This document shows, piece by piece, positions 43,093 to 51,914 of a DNA stretch of 51,914 nucleotides (its first letter is position 1; each line of letters opens with the position of its first letter). The notes under the pieces were generated by a model. That model saw nothing but the letters and a program-made list of their open reading frames with translations, made no database searches and had not been told where the DNA came from. Source of the stretch: Spirochaetia bacterium (GTDB taxonomy: Bacteria; Spirochaetota; Spirochaetia; CADAEX01); assembly GCA_031548835.1 (NCBI GenBank), contig JAVBQS010000124.1, positions 1-51,914 of the forward strand. Reading direction: 5' to 3'. The translations under genes were made by a program, and so were the position numbers.

Positions 43093-45726
43093 TTGATTTA
43101 TAAGATTATGATATTTCAGAAAACAGGAAATCTAATAAGCAATTTTATATCCCGTTTTTTTAGAAAAAAAAATAATAATCAATCAGGCAGGTTTACGGAA
43201 GAGAAGTGGAAAGAAGATTTTTCTGTCCCGAATAAAAGCAGGTTTTCAAATGAAGTATCTGAAAAATATAGCACAGAAATAATTCCTGGAGCAGGGCTGC
43301 TTTTTAAAATTAAAAGTGAAAATGTTTTTGCATGGTGCCAGCCTCCTGATTTTAACTATTCTGATTTTGATGCAGAGTGTTCTTTTGTGTTTAAAAGCGA
43401 TAACGCTTACTGTTCAGGAGGAATAATTTTTAGAAGAGGAAATGATTATAACTATTATTATTTTCTTGTTTCAAGCAAGGGGTATTTTCGTGTCGATTGT
43501 GTCTTTAACGGCAATCCGATAAAACTTATTGAATGGACATCTATTGCTTTTCCTCTTGAATCTGTTAATACGCTTAGGGTAACAGCCTGGGACAGTTATT
43601 TTCTTTTTTTTATAAATAATGTACAGGTAGCAAGATTAAGCGATGAAACAATAAGCAGCGGAAGCATAACTTTTTGCGCTCAAAACTATGATACTGCCCC
43701 TGTTGCAGAACTGCTGCTTAAAAATATTTCTATTAATTCAATTCCTGATGAAGTTGGAGAAATATATTCTGAAAACAGGGATATTCCTCTCTCCCAGAAA
43801 CTAGTTCTTGCAAAATCTTTTTTTGGAAAAGGACAGTTTCTCCCTGCAGCTGTCCAGATGAAGTCATATCTTGAAAGTATTAATAAAGAAGATATAATAG
43901 ATGAATTTCTGGGTTTTTATGGAGAAATACTTTTAAATCTTGGAATGTATAACGATGCTTTAATACAGTTTAATGAAGCATTGGAGAAAAAACCTGTAGA
44001 AAAAAATTATATTCTTGAAAAAGCCAATATATTATATCAGCTTGGCAATTATAATGATTTAAAAATATTTCTTTTAGATTTTGAAGATCTGCTAAAAGAT
44101 AGCGCTATATACTGGAATCTCCGCGGGCATAGCATGTTTTATCTCGGAAATAGTGAAACAGCTGCAGAATATTATAAAAAAGCAACTGAGTTTGATGCAG
44201 AAAATCCGCTCTATTTTTTAAATCTTGCAAAAGCTTATGAAGCTTTGGAAGATAATGAAAAAGCAGCTTCCTGCTATGCAGAGGCAAGCCTTCTTTTTTT
44301 CAGGCAGAATAATTATGCAGAAGCAGAAGATGCTGCTTCTATTGCGCTGAAAAAAGAAACAGATAACTGGGAAATTATTGTAAAAGCAGAAAGCGTTATT
44401 GCTAAAATTTTATTTGCAGAAAGAAAATATTTAAAAGCAGAAAAAGAGTTTGAAAGGCTTATTAAAACAGCTCCTGACCTGTGCGGAAGCGAAATATTTT
44501 TTCTTTATGGGCTTTTAAAGCTTAATCAGGGAAAGACAGACGAAGCTGTTTCTTTAATAGAAAAAGCATGTGAAAAAGAAGAGTATTATCTTTATTGGTA
44601 TAAACTTGCTGAAATATTTCATTCAACAGGAAGAAATCCTGAAAAAGCTTTGTCAAAAGCTTATAAACTTGCGCCTGATGATATTTGGGTAAACAATCTT
44701 TTAGGAGAAATGGCTCTTGAAAAAGGCGATTCCATAACTGCTGAAAAGTATTTTGAAAAATCTTTTTCTATTGCCAAAAACAATCAGGAGATAATACCTG
44801 CTCTTAACTATTCAGAAGCGCTTATTATCAATAACAAGGAAGAAGAAGCTTTAAAAGTTCTTAATACAGTCCCGCAGGGACAGGAAAAAGAGATTCTTAT
44901 CCAAAAAGGCAGAATATATGAACTTATTGGCAGGCTGGAAGAAGCAGAAAAAATATATAAGAAAGCTCTTGCTGTTTATAGAAATGATAAAGATGTAATT
45001 AAAGCATTAGTATCATTTTATTATAACCTTGAACAATATGGCAAAGCAGAAGAAATTCTTGCAGGTATTAATAACCTGGAATCAGACAGCGAATTTCTTA
45101 ACATGATAGGAAATCTTGCAAGAATAGCCGGGAATTTTGATGCAGCATTTGATGCTTATAAAAAAAGCCTTGCATTAAAATATGATCCTGTGGTTGCTCT
45201 TAATTATGTTGAAGGTTTATGCGAAGCTCTTAATTTTAGAGAAGCAAAAATTAAACTTGATCACTATTTCGGCAGTAGTAAGAAAAGCAATACAGCTAAT
45301 GGGAAAAAATATTTAGATAAGTCTATTGCAGAGAGCGATAAAATATCAGGTGCAGATAACGTAAAATATGATAACAGAAAAATACTGCAGGATAAATCAG
45401 GTAAATTGCAGAAAAGAATGGAACGCCTTAGCGAAAGAATCTACAGGGAAACATCAGCTATATTAAGCTGCTGCTCATGCGGCAGGGAGTGGGAAGTTCC
45501 AAAAGATGTAGATGCAGATAAAAAATTAAAACTGGTAGGCGATCCTGACCCCAATTCTCCTGCCGGGAAATGTTCTTCATGCGGTAAAATATATTGTGTA
45601 AAGTGCGCTTCGAAATGGCTTGAAGATGGAAGGTTTAAATGTCCTGACTGTAAAGAGAATCTTAAACTTTCAGATAAATATCTTCGGCATCTTGCGCTTA
45701 AATCAGCTTCAGATTCCCAAGCATAA
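43093..45726 (+). CDS. LamG/jelly-roll-like N-domain, TPR repeats and C-terminal Cys4 x2 zinc-ribbon protein
   Basis: Start is TTG 43093 or ATG 43108. The N-domain is GGIIFRRGNDYNYYYFLVSSKGYFRVD...LRVTAWDSYFLFFINNVQVA. Multiple TPR units follow. The C-terminus is CCSCGREWEVP...CSSCGKIYCVKC...FKCPDCKE. Confidence 0.7.
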   Translation: MIYKIMIFQKTGNLISNFISRFFRKKNNNQSGRFTEEKWKEDFSVPNKSRFSNEVSEKYSTEIIPGAGLLFKIKSENVFAWCQPPDFNYSDFDAECSFVFKSDNAYCSGGIIFRRGNDYNYYYFLVSSKGYFRVDCVFNGNPIKLIEWTSIAFPLESVNTLRVTAWDSYFLFFINNVQVARLSDETISSGSITFCAQNYDTAPVAELLLKNISINSIPDEVGEIYSENRDIPLSQKLVLAKSFFGKGQFLPAAVQMKSYLESINKEDIIDEFLGFYGEILLNLGMYNDALIQFNEALEKKPVEKNYILEKANILYQLGNYNDLKIFLLDFEDLLKDSAIYWNLRGHSMFYLGNSETAAEYYKKATEFDAENPLYFLNLAKAYEALEDNEKAASCYAEASLLFFRQNNYAEAEDAASIALKKETDNWEIIVKAESVIAKILFAERKYLKAEKEFERLIKTAPDLCGSEIFFLYGLLKLNQGKTDEAVSLIEKACEKEEYYLYWYKLAEIFHSTGRNPEKALSKAYKLAPDDIWVNNLLGEMALEKGDSITAEKYFEKSFSIAKNNQEIIPALNYSEALIINNKEEEALKVLNTVPQGQEKEILIQKGRIYELIGRLEEAEKIYKKALAVYRNDKDVIKALVSFYYNLEQYGKAEEILAGINNLESDSEFLNMIGNLARIAGNFDAAFDAYKKSLALKYDPVVALNYVEGLCEALNFREAKIKLDHYFGSSKKSNTANGKKYLDKSIAESDKISGADNVKYDNRKILQDKSGKLQKRMERLSERIYRETSAILSCCSCGREWEVPKDVDADKKLKLVGDPDPNSPAGKCSSCGKIYCVKCASKWLEDGRFKCPDCKENLKLSDKYLRHLALKSASDSQA

Positions 45727-45793
45727 ATAATTAAGTTATTTTAGTTTTTTACATATTTTTCTATTAGTTGTACTTTAGGCAAGGAGTGCTGAA

Positions 45794-46234
45794 ATGTTAA
45801 TAAAATTTCAAAAATCTGTTTTAATATTGTTTCTCTTTTCTGTTTTTATAGGATGCAAACCGGAAAATCGGGAGGCAAAATTGTATACATCATGGCCTTT
45901 GGATAATATATGGAAAAGATATGGCCTTTCAGGATTGCTTCAGCCGTTAGCTGAATCCTTTAAAGAAGCGAGGGAAGATAAGGGAAAATATATTGGCGCA
46001 TTGTGGGAAAAAGCAGATAGGGAAACTTATAATAATCTTAAAAACAGTATTGGAAATCTTGTGTCTGGCTATTCAAATTATATGATGGAAGAGCATGATT
46101 CTGATGATTTCATTGCCTGCCTAATTTATTATGAATATAAGGGATCCTTATATGAACTTGAGCTGGATTTCTATAAATTAAATTATGATGATATGGCACA
46201 GGGCGATATGGTGTTGGTTGTCGGGCAGAATTAG
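45794..46234 (+). CDS. Small lipoprotein of unknown function
   Basis: An AAGGAG RBS precedes the start and a lipobox is present (SVFIGC). The protein is 146 aa and I recognise no family. Confidence 0.55.
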   Translation: MLIKFQKSVLILFLFSVFIGCKPENREAKLYTSWPLDNIWKRYGLSGLLQPLAESFKEAREDKGKYIGALWEKADRETYNNLKNSIGNLVSGYSNYMMEEHDSDDFIACLIYYEYKGSLYELELDFYKLNYDDMAQGDMVLVVGQN

Positions 46235-46301
46235 AAGATATATATTGCTTTTTAAATTTTTTACTATTTAATTTTTTCAATCCCGGATTTAAGGAATAAC
46301 A

Positions 46302-49300
46302 ATGACACACGAAAACCAAATCGAAGAGACATTTATTGACATTTTAACTATGAGAGAAAATCAGTGGATGTATCGCAGCGACATAAAAACAGAAGCTGCT
46401 CTTTGGGACAACTTACGGGGGCATATCAATAGAATCAATCTTGCACAACTTGATGGCATATTGCTTACAGACATTGAATTTAAGCAGGTTAAAAACGAAT
46501 TTAGTCGCTTAACGCAAACGCCTTTTATGGCTTCCCAGTGGCTGCGGGGCGAAAATGGCATTGCACAGATTCTTCTGGAACGGGAAGATATTTCCAAAGG
46601 CAACATCACACTCACGCTTTTTAGCAATAAAGAGATTGCAGGAGGCATATCCAGTTATGAGGTTGTAAACCAAGTCGTTCCAGAAGTAGAAGGCAGAACC
46701 ACCCGCGGAGATGTTACTCTGCTCATAAACGGCTTGCCTGTCATACATATTGAACTTAAAAGCGAACTTGCCAAAGATGGTTATTGGCAAGCGTTCTATC
46801 AAATAGAAAGATATGCTCAGTCAGGTTTTTTCGATGGAATCTATGCTACAGTGCAAATTTTTGTAATCAGTAATAAAGTTTCAACAAGATATTTTGCAAG
46901 GCCAAGGACAAATAATGATTTTGAGCCTGCTAAAAAATTTTTGTTCAATTGGCGCGAACCGGATAATAACCCAATTGAGGATTTATTCGTCTTTACTGAA
47001 AACGCCCTTAGCATTCCTATGGCGCATGAGTTGGTTAGCAGGTTTACGATTTTAGTGGACGACAAAAAAGGCCAAAAATTCATAATGGTGCTGCGTCCAT
47101 ATCAAATACATGCTATAAAGAGAATAATGAAGCAGGCTTATAGTCATGAAGGCGGTTTTATATGGCATGCTACTGGCTCGGGCAAAACTATAACCAGCTT
47201 TGTAGCCACTAAACTGTTGGCTCAATCAGCAATTTCCGTTGCCCGTACTGTAATGATTGTTGACCGCAAAGATCTGGACAGCCAAACAAAAAATGAGTTT
47301 TGTAAATTTGCTTCCGAGTACAATACCGGGCTTGTTTCAGGAGATAACGTAGATAATACTCTTATAGTAGGAATAGATAACAAGCGTGAACTGGTTGAAA
47401 ATTTTCTCAGCAAGAAAAACAACAACACTATCATTATAACTACAATTCAAAAGCTAAGCCGCGCAATCAGGGAAAGCAGAGAATCAGAGGTAAACAAATT
47501 TGAGAAGCTGAAGGGTGAATATATTGTATTTATTGTAGATGAGTGCCACAGGGCTGTTTCTGACCAGGAAATGAAAGCAATAAAAAAGTTCTTTCCTAAA
47601 TCCTCATGGATTGGGCTTACAGGAACACCTATTTTTGAGGAAAATAAAAAACAGGAAAATGGAACATATGCACGTACAACTTTTGACCAGTATGGCGAGC
47701 TTCTTCATGCTTACACAACTAAAAATGCGATGGATGATAAATCAGTGCTGGACTTTCAGGTAGAATACCATTCGCTTTTGAGTGAAGAGGAAGAAGAGCG
47801 GATATATCTGAGAAAAATCCGCGGGAAATACTCAAGCAGCGATTCTGAAGCAAGATTAAAATCCATGCTGGACGATGTAGAAAAAGAGGCATTGTTAGAA
47901 TCATCGGATTATGAAAATGATGCCTATATCGAAACAATGCTGAAAAAAATATTTAAACATCAGTCTATACTTGAAAAGTTCAAGGTAGCAGATGGCCTGC
48001 CGACTATGAGCGCCATACTCACAACCCATTCTATAGCACAGGCAAAAAAAATATACCGCAAATTAATTGAATTGAAAGAAGCAGGAACTCTTATAACAGG
48101 CAAACCTTTGGATGAAAGAAGAAGGCTAAACGACCAGGATTTTCCCCGGGTAGCTATAACATACTCTGTTGCTGAAAGCCAGGATGGGATAATTGCGGAT
48201 AACGATGAAATAGTCGAAATCATGAAGCAATATAATGCTGTGTTTAGAACAAACTATACAGATGTAGATTTGTACAACCAAAACATAAACAACCGCTTAG
48301 CCAGAAAAGATGTACAGTATCAGAAAGATGGGCAATGGCTGGATCTGGTTATAGTAGTTGATAGGCTTTTAACAGGTTTTGACGCGCCAACCATTCAGAC
48401 TCTTTATGTAGACAGAGAACTTCGTTACCAAAAGTTGCTGCAGGCATTTTCCCGTACTAACCGGACATACCCGGGAAAAAACATCGGCATGATAGTCACA
48501 TTCAGAAAGCCAAAAACAATGGCTGCTAATGTCCGCGATGCAATAAAGCTGTTTTCAAATGAGGAAAGAGATTGGGAAAAACTTGTGCCAAAGCAATATA
48601 AAGAGGTTAAGCAAAACTTTAAGGCTGCATACACGAAATTTAAAGAAGCCAGGCAGAAGTTGTCCGAAAACCCAACAGACATAAAAAAACAGCTCCATGC
48701 CATAAAAACTTTCCAAATGATGAAGAATTTAGAGGAATCTATAAAAAGCTATGAGGAATATGAAGAAGACTTCTTGAATCTTTCCAATATAACCCAAACT
48801 ATTGTAGGCGAAGCCGGGAATATTGAAAACCTGAAAGCTGAGGTTAAGGAAGCTTTGGCAGGGATAGACATAGACAGTGATCAGTTGCCGGAGCTGCTTG
48901 AAATAGAGTTTTCGTCAGATCAGCGCGCAACACTTGAAGAGAAAATTGACAGTTATTATATCAGTCAGCTTCTCAAAGATATAAAGAATGAAACAAGTAA
49001 ACAAAAGTTTGACGAAATTATCAAAAATAAACCCTCCATTGTTAAAACAGCTTACGAAGAGGCTTTGGCTTCTTTCTCGGAAGAACAGGAAATTATTGAC
49101 AGGGTTGACAGATATTTTAGGCAAACAATTGATGAAATAATAATGGAAACTGCTTCTGTCTTGAAAGTATCAAAAGATGACTTGCAGGTAAGCTTTAACG
49201 AATACAGGGCAGATAAAGCAGATGTTCCATATATAAATGTGATTATAGACAAGTCCACTATAACCCGAGAAGAATTTGAACACTTTTTTAACAAAAAATT

Positions 49301-49427
49301 CAGAGAACGCCGCCGGACTGTGGAAGAATATTGGAAAAAGATAATAGAAGAAAAACTATCACCCTTAAAAAATGAGTTAACTAATTTTGCTGGAAAAATG
49401 AAGAAGATGAGAGACGCTCGGATATGA
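46302..49427 (+). CDS. hsdR: Type I restriction endonuclease subunit R
   Basis: The N-terminal PD-(D/E)xK nuclease is RGDVTLLINGLPVIHIELKSE. The SF2 helicase motifs I (HATGSGKT), II (VDECHR) and VI (QAFSRTNR) are present. The gene lies adjacent to hsdM and hsdS. Confidence 0.93.
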   Translation: MTHENQIEETFIDILTMRENQWMYRSDIKTEAALWDNLRGHINRINLAQLDGILLTDIEFKQVKNEFSRLTQTPFMASQWLRGENGIAQILLEREDISKGNITLTLFSNKEIAGGISSYEVVNQVVPEVEGRTTRGDVTLLINGLPVIHIELKSELAKDGYWQAFYQIERYAQSGFFDGIYATVQIFVISNKVSTRYFARPRTNNDFEPAKKFLFNWREPDNNPIEDLFVFTENALSIPMAHELVSRFTILVDDKKGQKFIMVLRPYQIHAIKRIMKQAYSHEGGFIWHATGSGKTITSFVATKLLAQSAISVARTVMIVDRKDLDSQTKNEFCKFASEYNTGLVSGDNVDNTLIVGIDNKRELVENFLSKKNNNTIIITTIQKLSRAIRESRESEVNKFEKLKGEYIVFIVDECHRAVSDQEMKAIKKFFPKSSWIGLTGTPIFEENKKQENGTYARTTFDQYGELLHAYTTKNAMDDKSVLDFQVEYHSLLSEEEEERIYLRKIRGKYSSSDSEARLKSMLDDVEKEALLESSDYENDAYIETMLKKIFKHQSILEKFKVADGLPTMSAILTTHSIAQAKKIYRKLIELKEAGTLITGKPLDERRRLNDQDFPRVAITYSVAESQDGIIADNDEIVEIMKQYNAVFRTNYTDVDLYNQNINNRLARKDVQYQKDGQWLDLVIVVDRLLTGFDAPTIQTLYVDRELRYQKLLQAFSRTNRTYPGKNIGMIVTFRKPKTMAANVRDAIKLFSNEERDWEKLVPKQYKEVKQNFKAAYTKFKEARQKLSENPTDIKKQLHAIKTFQMMKNLEESIKSYEEYEEDFLNLSNITQTIVGEAGNIENLKAEVKEALAGIDIDSDQLPELLEIEFSSDQRATLEEKIDSYYISQLLKDIKNETSKQKFDEIIKNKPSIVKTAYEEALASFSEEQEIIDRVDRYFRQTIDEIIMETASVLKVSKDDLQVSFNEYRADKADVPYINVIIDKSTITREEFEHFFNKKFRERRRTVEEYWKKIIEEKLSPLKNELTNFAGKMKKMRDARI

Positions 49428-49624
49428 GGATTTTATACACATAGCTTGAATTGTTAAACATAAAAACCAACAGATTATTAAGCCTGTAAATATTTTCCTC
49501 CAAAGGCTATTTTTGATGGATTATCTATGATAAAGTAAAAAATTTTCAAAGCTTTCGCTTACATAAAGCGTAAGTATTATATTTTGTTTAGATTTTATCC
49601 CATAAGATAGCGGAGGTATAATCC

Positions 49625-51202
49625 ATGAGTGAGCTTAATAATCAATTATGGGCAAGTGCTGACATATTGCGCGGAAAAATGGATGCAAGTGAATATAAAA
49701 ATTATCTGCTTGGCCTGATTTTCTACAAATACCTCTCAGACCAGGAACTGCGCGCAGTATATGAAGAAGAGCATGGCAAGGTTGTTGGGTATCCAAGCAG
49801 GGATGAACAGTTTGCAGGGCTTTTGGAATGGTACAATGATGATGCATCTGATATTAGGGATATAATTTCTAAAAAGCTGGGCTATTTTATTGAACCTGAC
49901 TACCTTTTTTATACTCTAAGAAAGAAGGCTAGCGAATATGAACTTCAAATTTCAGATATTCAAAACGCCTTTATTGGGCTTGGGCGTCAAGGCGGGCAAT
50001 TTGCAGGACTTTTTGACGATGTTGACCTAAACTCAACTAAGCTGGGCGCTAATGCACAACAGCGTAATGTTACAATTACAGAGGTAATAAAGACTCTTGA
50101 TGAAATAGACCTTTTTGGGCATGTTGGTGATGTCATTGGAGATGCTTATGAATACTTAATTGGCCAATTTGCTGCAGGAGCTGGTAAAAAAGCAGGCGAA
50201 TTTTACACTCCCCAAGCTGTAAGCAAGATTATTTCTGAAATTGTGTCTATCGGGCAGGAGAAAACCGCTCCTTTTCATATTTATGACCCTACAATGGGCT
50301 CAGGATCGCTAATGCTCAATATACGCCAGTTTGTGAAAAACTCAGGGCAAGTGCATTACCACGGGCAGGAACTTAATACGACAACCTATAACCTCGCCCG
50401 AATGAATCTGATATTGCATGGTGTGGAAAAATCACAGATGCGCCTTAGAAACAGTGACACACTTGATGAAGATTGGCCCACCGACGAACCATATCTGTTT
50501 AACGCTGTTGTTATGAATCCTCCATACTCTGCCAACTGGAGCGCTGATGACAAGTTTTTAAGCGACCCGCGTTTTGAGCGGTATGGGAAACTTGCTCCAA
50601 AATCTAAGGCTGATTTTTCATTTTTACTGCATGGATACTATCATCTTAATGAAAAAGGAACTATGGGGATAGTTTTGCCTCATGGTGTGCTGTTTCGAGG
50701 AGCTTCGGAAGGCGTTATCAGAAAAACCCTGCTTGAAATGGGCGCTATTTATGCAGTTATTGGTTTGCCTGCTAATATCTTTTATGGCACAAGTATACCA
50801 ACTGTTGTGCTTATTTTGAAGAAAAAACGCGATAAACGGGATGTTTTATTTATTGATTCTTCAAAAGATTTTGAAAAGCAAAAGAATCAGAATAACCTGC
50901 GCCGCGAAGATATAAAAAAAATTGTAAATGCTTACACGAAACGAAAAAGCATCCCCAAATATGCCCGCTTAGCTGATTATAACGAAATTGTCCAAAATGA
51001 TTATAACCTCAATATTCCCCGCTATGTTGACACATCCGAGGAAGAGAAACAGATAGATATTGCGGCGCTTAGCAGGGAAATTGTTGATCTTAATTTACAG
51101 ATAAAGCAGAAAGAGTCGGAATTTCTGGGATTGCTTAATAAGCTTGCAGTGACAGATGAAACAAGGGAAATCATTAAAGCTACAAAACGCATATTTGTGT
51201 AA
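49625..51202 (+). CDS. hsdM: Type I restriction-modification N6-adenine DNA methyltransferase subunit M
   Basis: A GGAGG RBS precedes the start. The HsdM N-terminal domain is LWASADILRGKMDASEYKNYLLGLIFYKYLSD. The SAM motif (YDPTMGSGSL) and catalytic NPPY (VMNPPYS) are present. Confidence 0.93.
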   Translation: MSELNNQLWASADILRGKMDASEYKNYLLGLIFYKYLSDQELRAVYEEEHGKVVGYPSRDEQFAGLLEWYNDDASDIRDIISKKLGYFIEPDYLFYTLRKKASEYELQISDIQNAFIGLGRQGGQFAGLFDDVDLNSTKLGANAQQRNVTITEVIKTLDEIDLFGHVGDVIGDAYEYLIGQFAAGAGKKAGEFYTPQAVSKIISEIVSIGQEKTAPFHIYDPTMGSGSLMLNIRQFVKNSGQVHYHGQELNTTTYNLARMNLILHGVEKSQMRLRNSDTLDEDWPTDEPYLFNAVVMNPPYSANWSADDKFLSDPRFERYGKLAPKSKADFSFLLHGYYHLNEKGTMGIVLPHGVLFRGASEGVIRKTLLEMGAIYAVIGLPANIFYGTSIPTVVLILKKKRDKRDVLFIDSSKDFEKQKNQNNLRREDIKKIVNAYTKRKSIPKYARLADYNEIVQNDYNLNIPRYVDTSEEEKQIDIAALSREIVDLNLQIKQKESEFLGLLNKLAVTDETREIIKATKRIFV

Positions 51203-51250
51203 ATTGCCAAAGCAGTTTTATGGAATATCAGTGAAACAGGAAGATAATTT

Positions 51251-51914
51251 ATGAAAGATAAAAATATTAAAGCTCCGGCAATAAGGTTTAAGGGATTCAC
51301 TGGCGCTTGGGAACAGCGGAAGTTGGGGGAAGTGGTAAATTTAAGTTCAAGCAGAAGGGTTCATAGGGAAGATTATGTAGAATCAGGAGTGCCATTTTTT
51401 AGAGGTTTGGAAATTTCCAAACTTGGAAGCTTTTCAAAGTTGGAAGATGTGTTATACATATCCGAAGATTATTATTATGAAATAAAAGGAAAATATGGAG
51501 TCCCGCAAATTGGAGATATTCTTATTACTGCTGTTGGCACACTCGGAAATTCTTATTTAGTCTGTGATAATACGCCATTTTATTTCAAAGATGGAAATTT
51601 AATTTGGTTGAAAGATATCAATATTAACCCAGGTTATTTGGAAATATACCTTGGCGATGGTATTGGAAAGAAAAGAGTTTTAAATAGTGCTGCAGGGTCT
51701 AATCAAAAAGCATTAACAATGATAAAACTACAAAATATTCAAGTTACTGTTCCCAACATTGAAGAACAAACTGCCATTGGCAACTTCTTTCGCACCTTAG
51801 ATGACGCTATCGCCCTTAATAAGCGTAAGCTGGACAAGCTGAAGGAATTGAAGAGCGGATATTTGCAGCAGATATTTCCTCAAGCAGGCGAGAATGTGCC
51901 GCGGCTAAGGTTTA
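51251..51914 (+). CDS. hsdS: Type I restriction-modification specificity subunit S. Only the 5' part is present because the gene runs off the window.
   Basis: This ORF is not in the track because no stop is reached. Hand translation is open to the window end and begins MKDKNIKAPAIRFKGFTGAWEQRKLGEV... The central conserved region reads EEQTAIGNFFRTLDDAIALNKRKLDKLKELKSGYLQQIF, followed by PRLRF at the start of the second target-recognition domain. Confidence 0.88.
   Translation, partial: MKDKNIKAPAIRFKGFTGAWEQRKLGEVVNLSSSRRVHREDYVESGVPFFRGLEISKLGSFSKLEDVLYISEDYYYEIKGKYGVPQIGDILITAVGTLGNSYLVCDNTPFYFKDGNLIWLKDININPGYLEIYLGDGIGKKRVLNSAAGSNQKALTMIKLQNIQVTVPNIEEQTAIGNFFRTLDDAIALNKRKLDKLKELKSGYLQQIFPQAGENVPRLRF

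Noticed and set aside
1-51914. Sigma-54 promoters (TGGCAC-N5-TTGC type), expected because rpoN and a sigma-54 activator are encoded here
   Set aside because: I checked TGGC-containing sites in intergenic regions, for example about 12985, about 13014 and about 16854. None has GC at the required 10-nt spacing from GG. No site could be supported by eye, and a position-weight-matrix scan is needed.

Overview
The window is a chromosomal segment from an AT-rich bacterium, and almost all of it is housekeeping and signalling genes. The gene content weakly suggests a spirochete (Treponema-like), based on an MCP pair, cheR-cheB, hprK-ptsH beside rpoN, many lipobox proteins and an EbfC/YbaB homologue. 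That lineage call is inference only.

Gene order, left to right:
- Two tandem methyl-accepting chemotaxis protein paralogues.
- An internally duplicated DUF1538-type membrane protein, translationally coupled to a tandem P-II-like protein.
- tRNA-Ser(UGA) and a ferredoxin-nitroreductase.
- A tRNA cluster (Ser-GCU, Arg-GCG, Ser-CGA, Ser-GGA) that runs directly into an SRP (4.5S-type) RNA, followed by dnaX-ybaB-recR.
- A minus-strand cheR-cheB-djlA-like-pth block.
- pyrG, then lptC-like-lptA-lptB.
- A 1.6 kb insertion carrying a small lipoprotein gene and a decayed IS5-like transposase.
- rpoN-hpf-hprK-ptsH.
- A tightly overlapping DUF4390-like / NtrY-like kinase / sigma-54 activator / lexA / holA operon, convergent with uvrC.
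- A four-gene overlapping operon: secreted LamG+FN3 protein, large TPR protein with an Arg/Asp repeat tail, HDOD protein, MBL-fold hydrolase.
- A polar amino-acid ABC transporter with a trailing orphan gene.
- An AlkP/NPP-family lipoprotein, tRNA-Leu(CAA), a radical SAM enzyme and an archaeal-type UMP kinase.
- A UVR-motif protein, a LamG-like/TPR/zinc-ribbon protein and a small lipoprotein.
- A type I restriction-modification locus (hsdR-hsdM-hsdS). hsdS is cut by the window end.

Most unusual signals:
- A modular GC-rich hairpin plus AT-rich repeat family sits at two convergent gene junctions (27.0-27.5 kb and 41.2-41.3 kb). It supplies the last codons and stop codons of flanking genes.
- The DUF1538 x2 / P-II x2 gene pair.
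- The mobile-element scar that splits lptB from rpoN.
- A perfect 22-bp inverted repeat enclosing 97 bp at 42.9-43.0 kb.
- An A-run in dnaX that gives an immediate -1 frame stop.

I found no CRISPR array, no intact mobile element and no clear sigma-54 promoter by eye.
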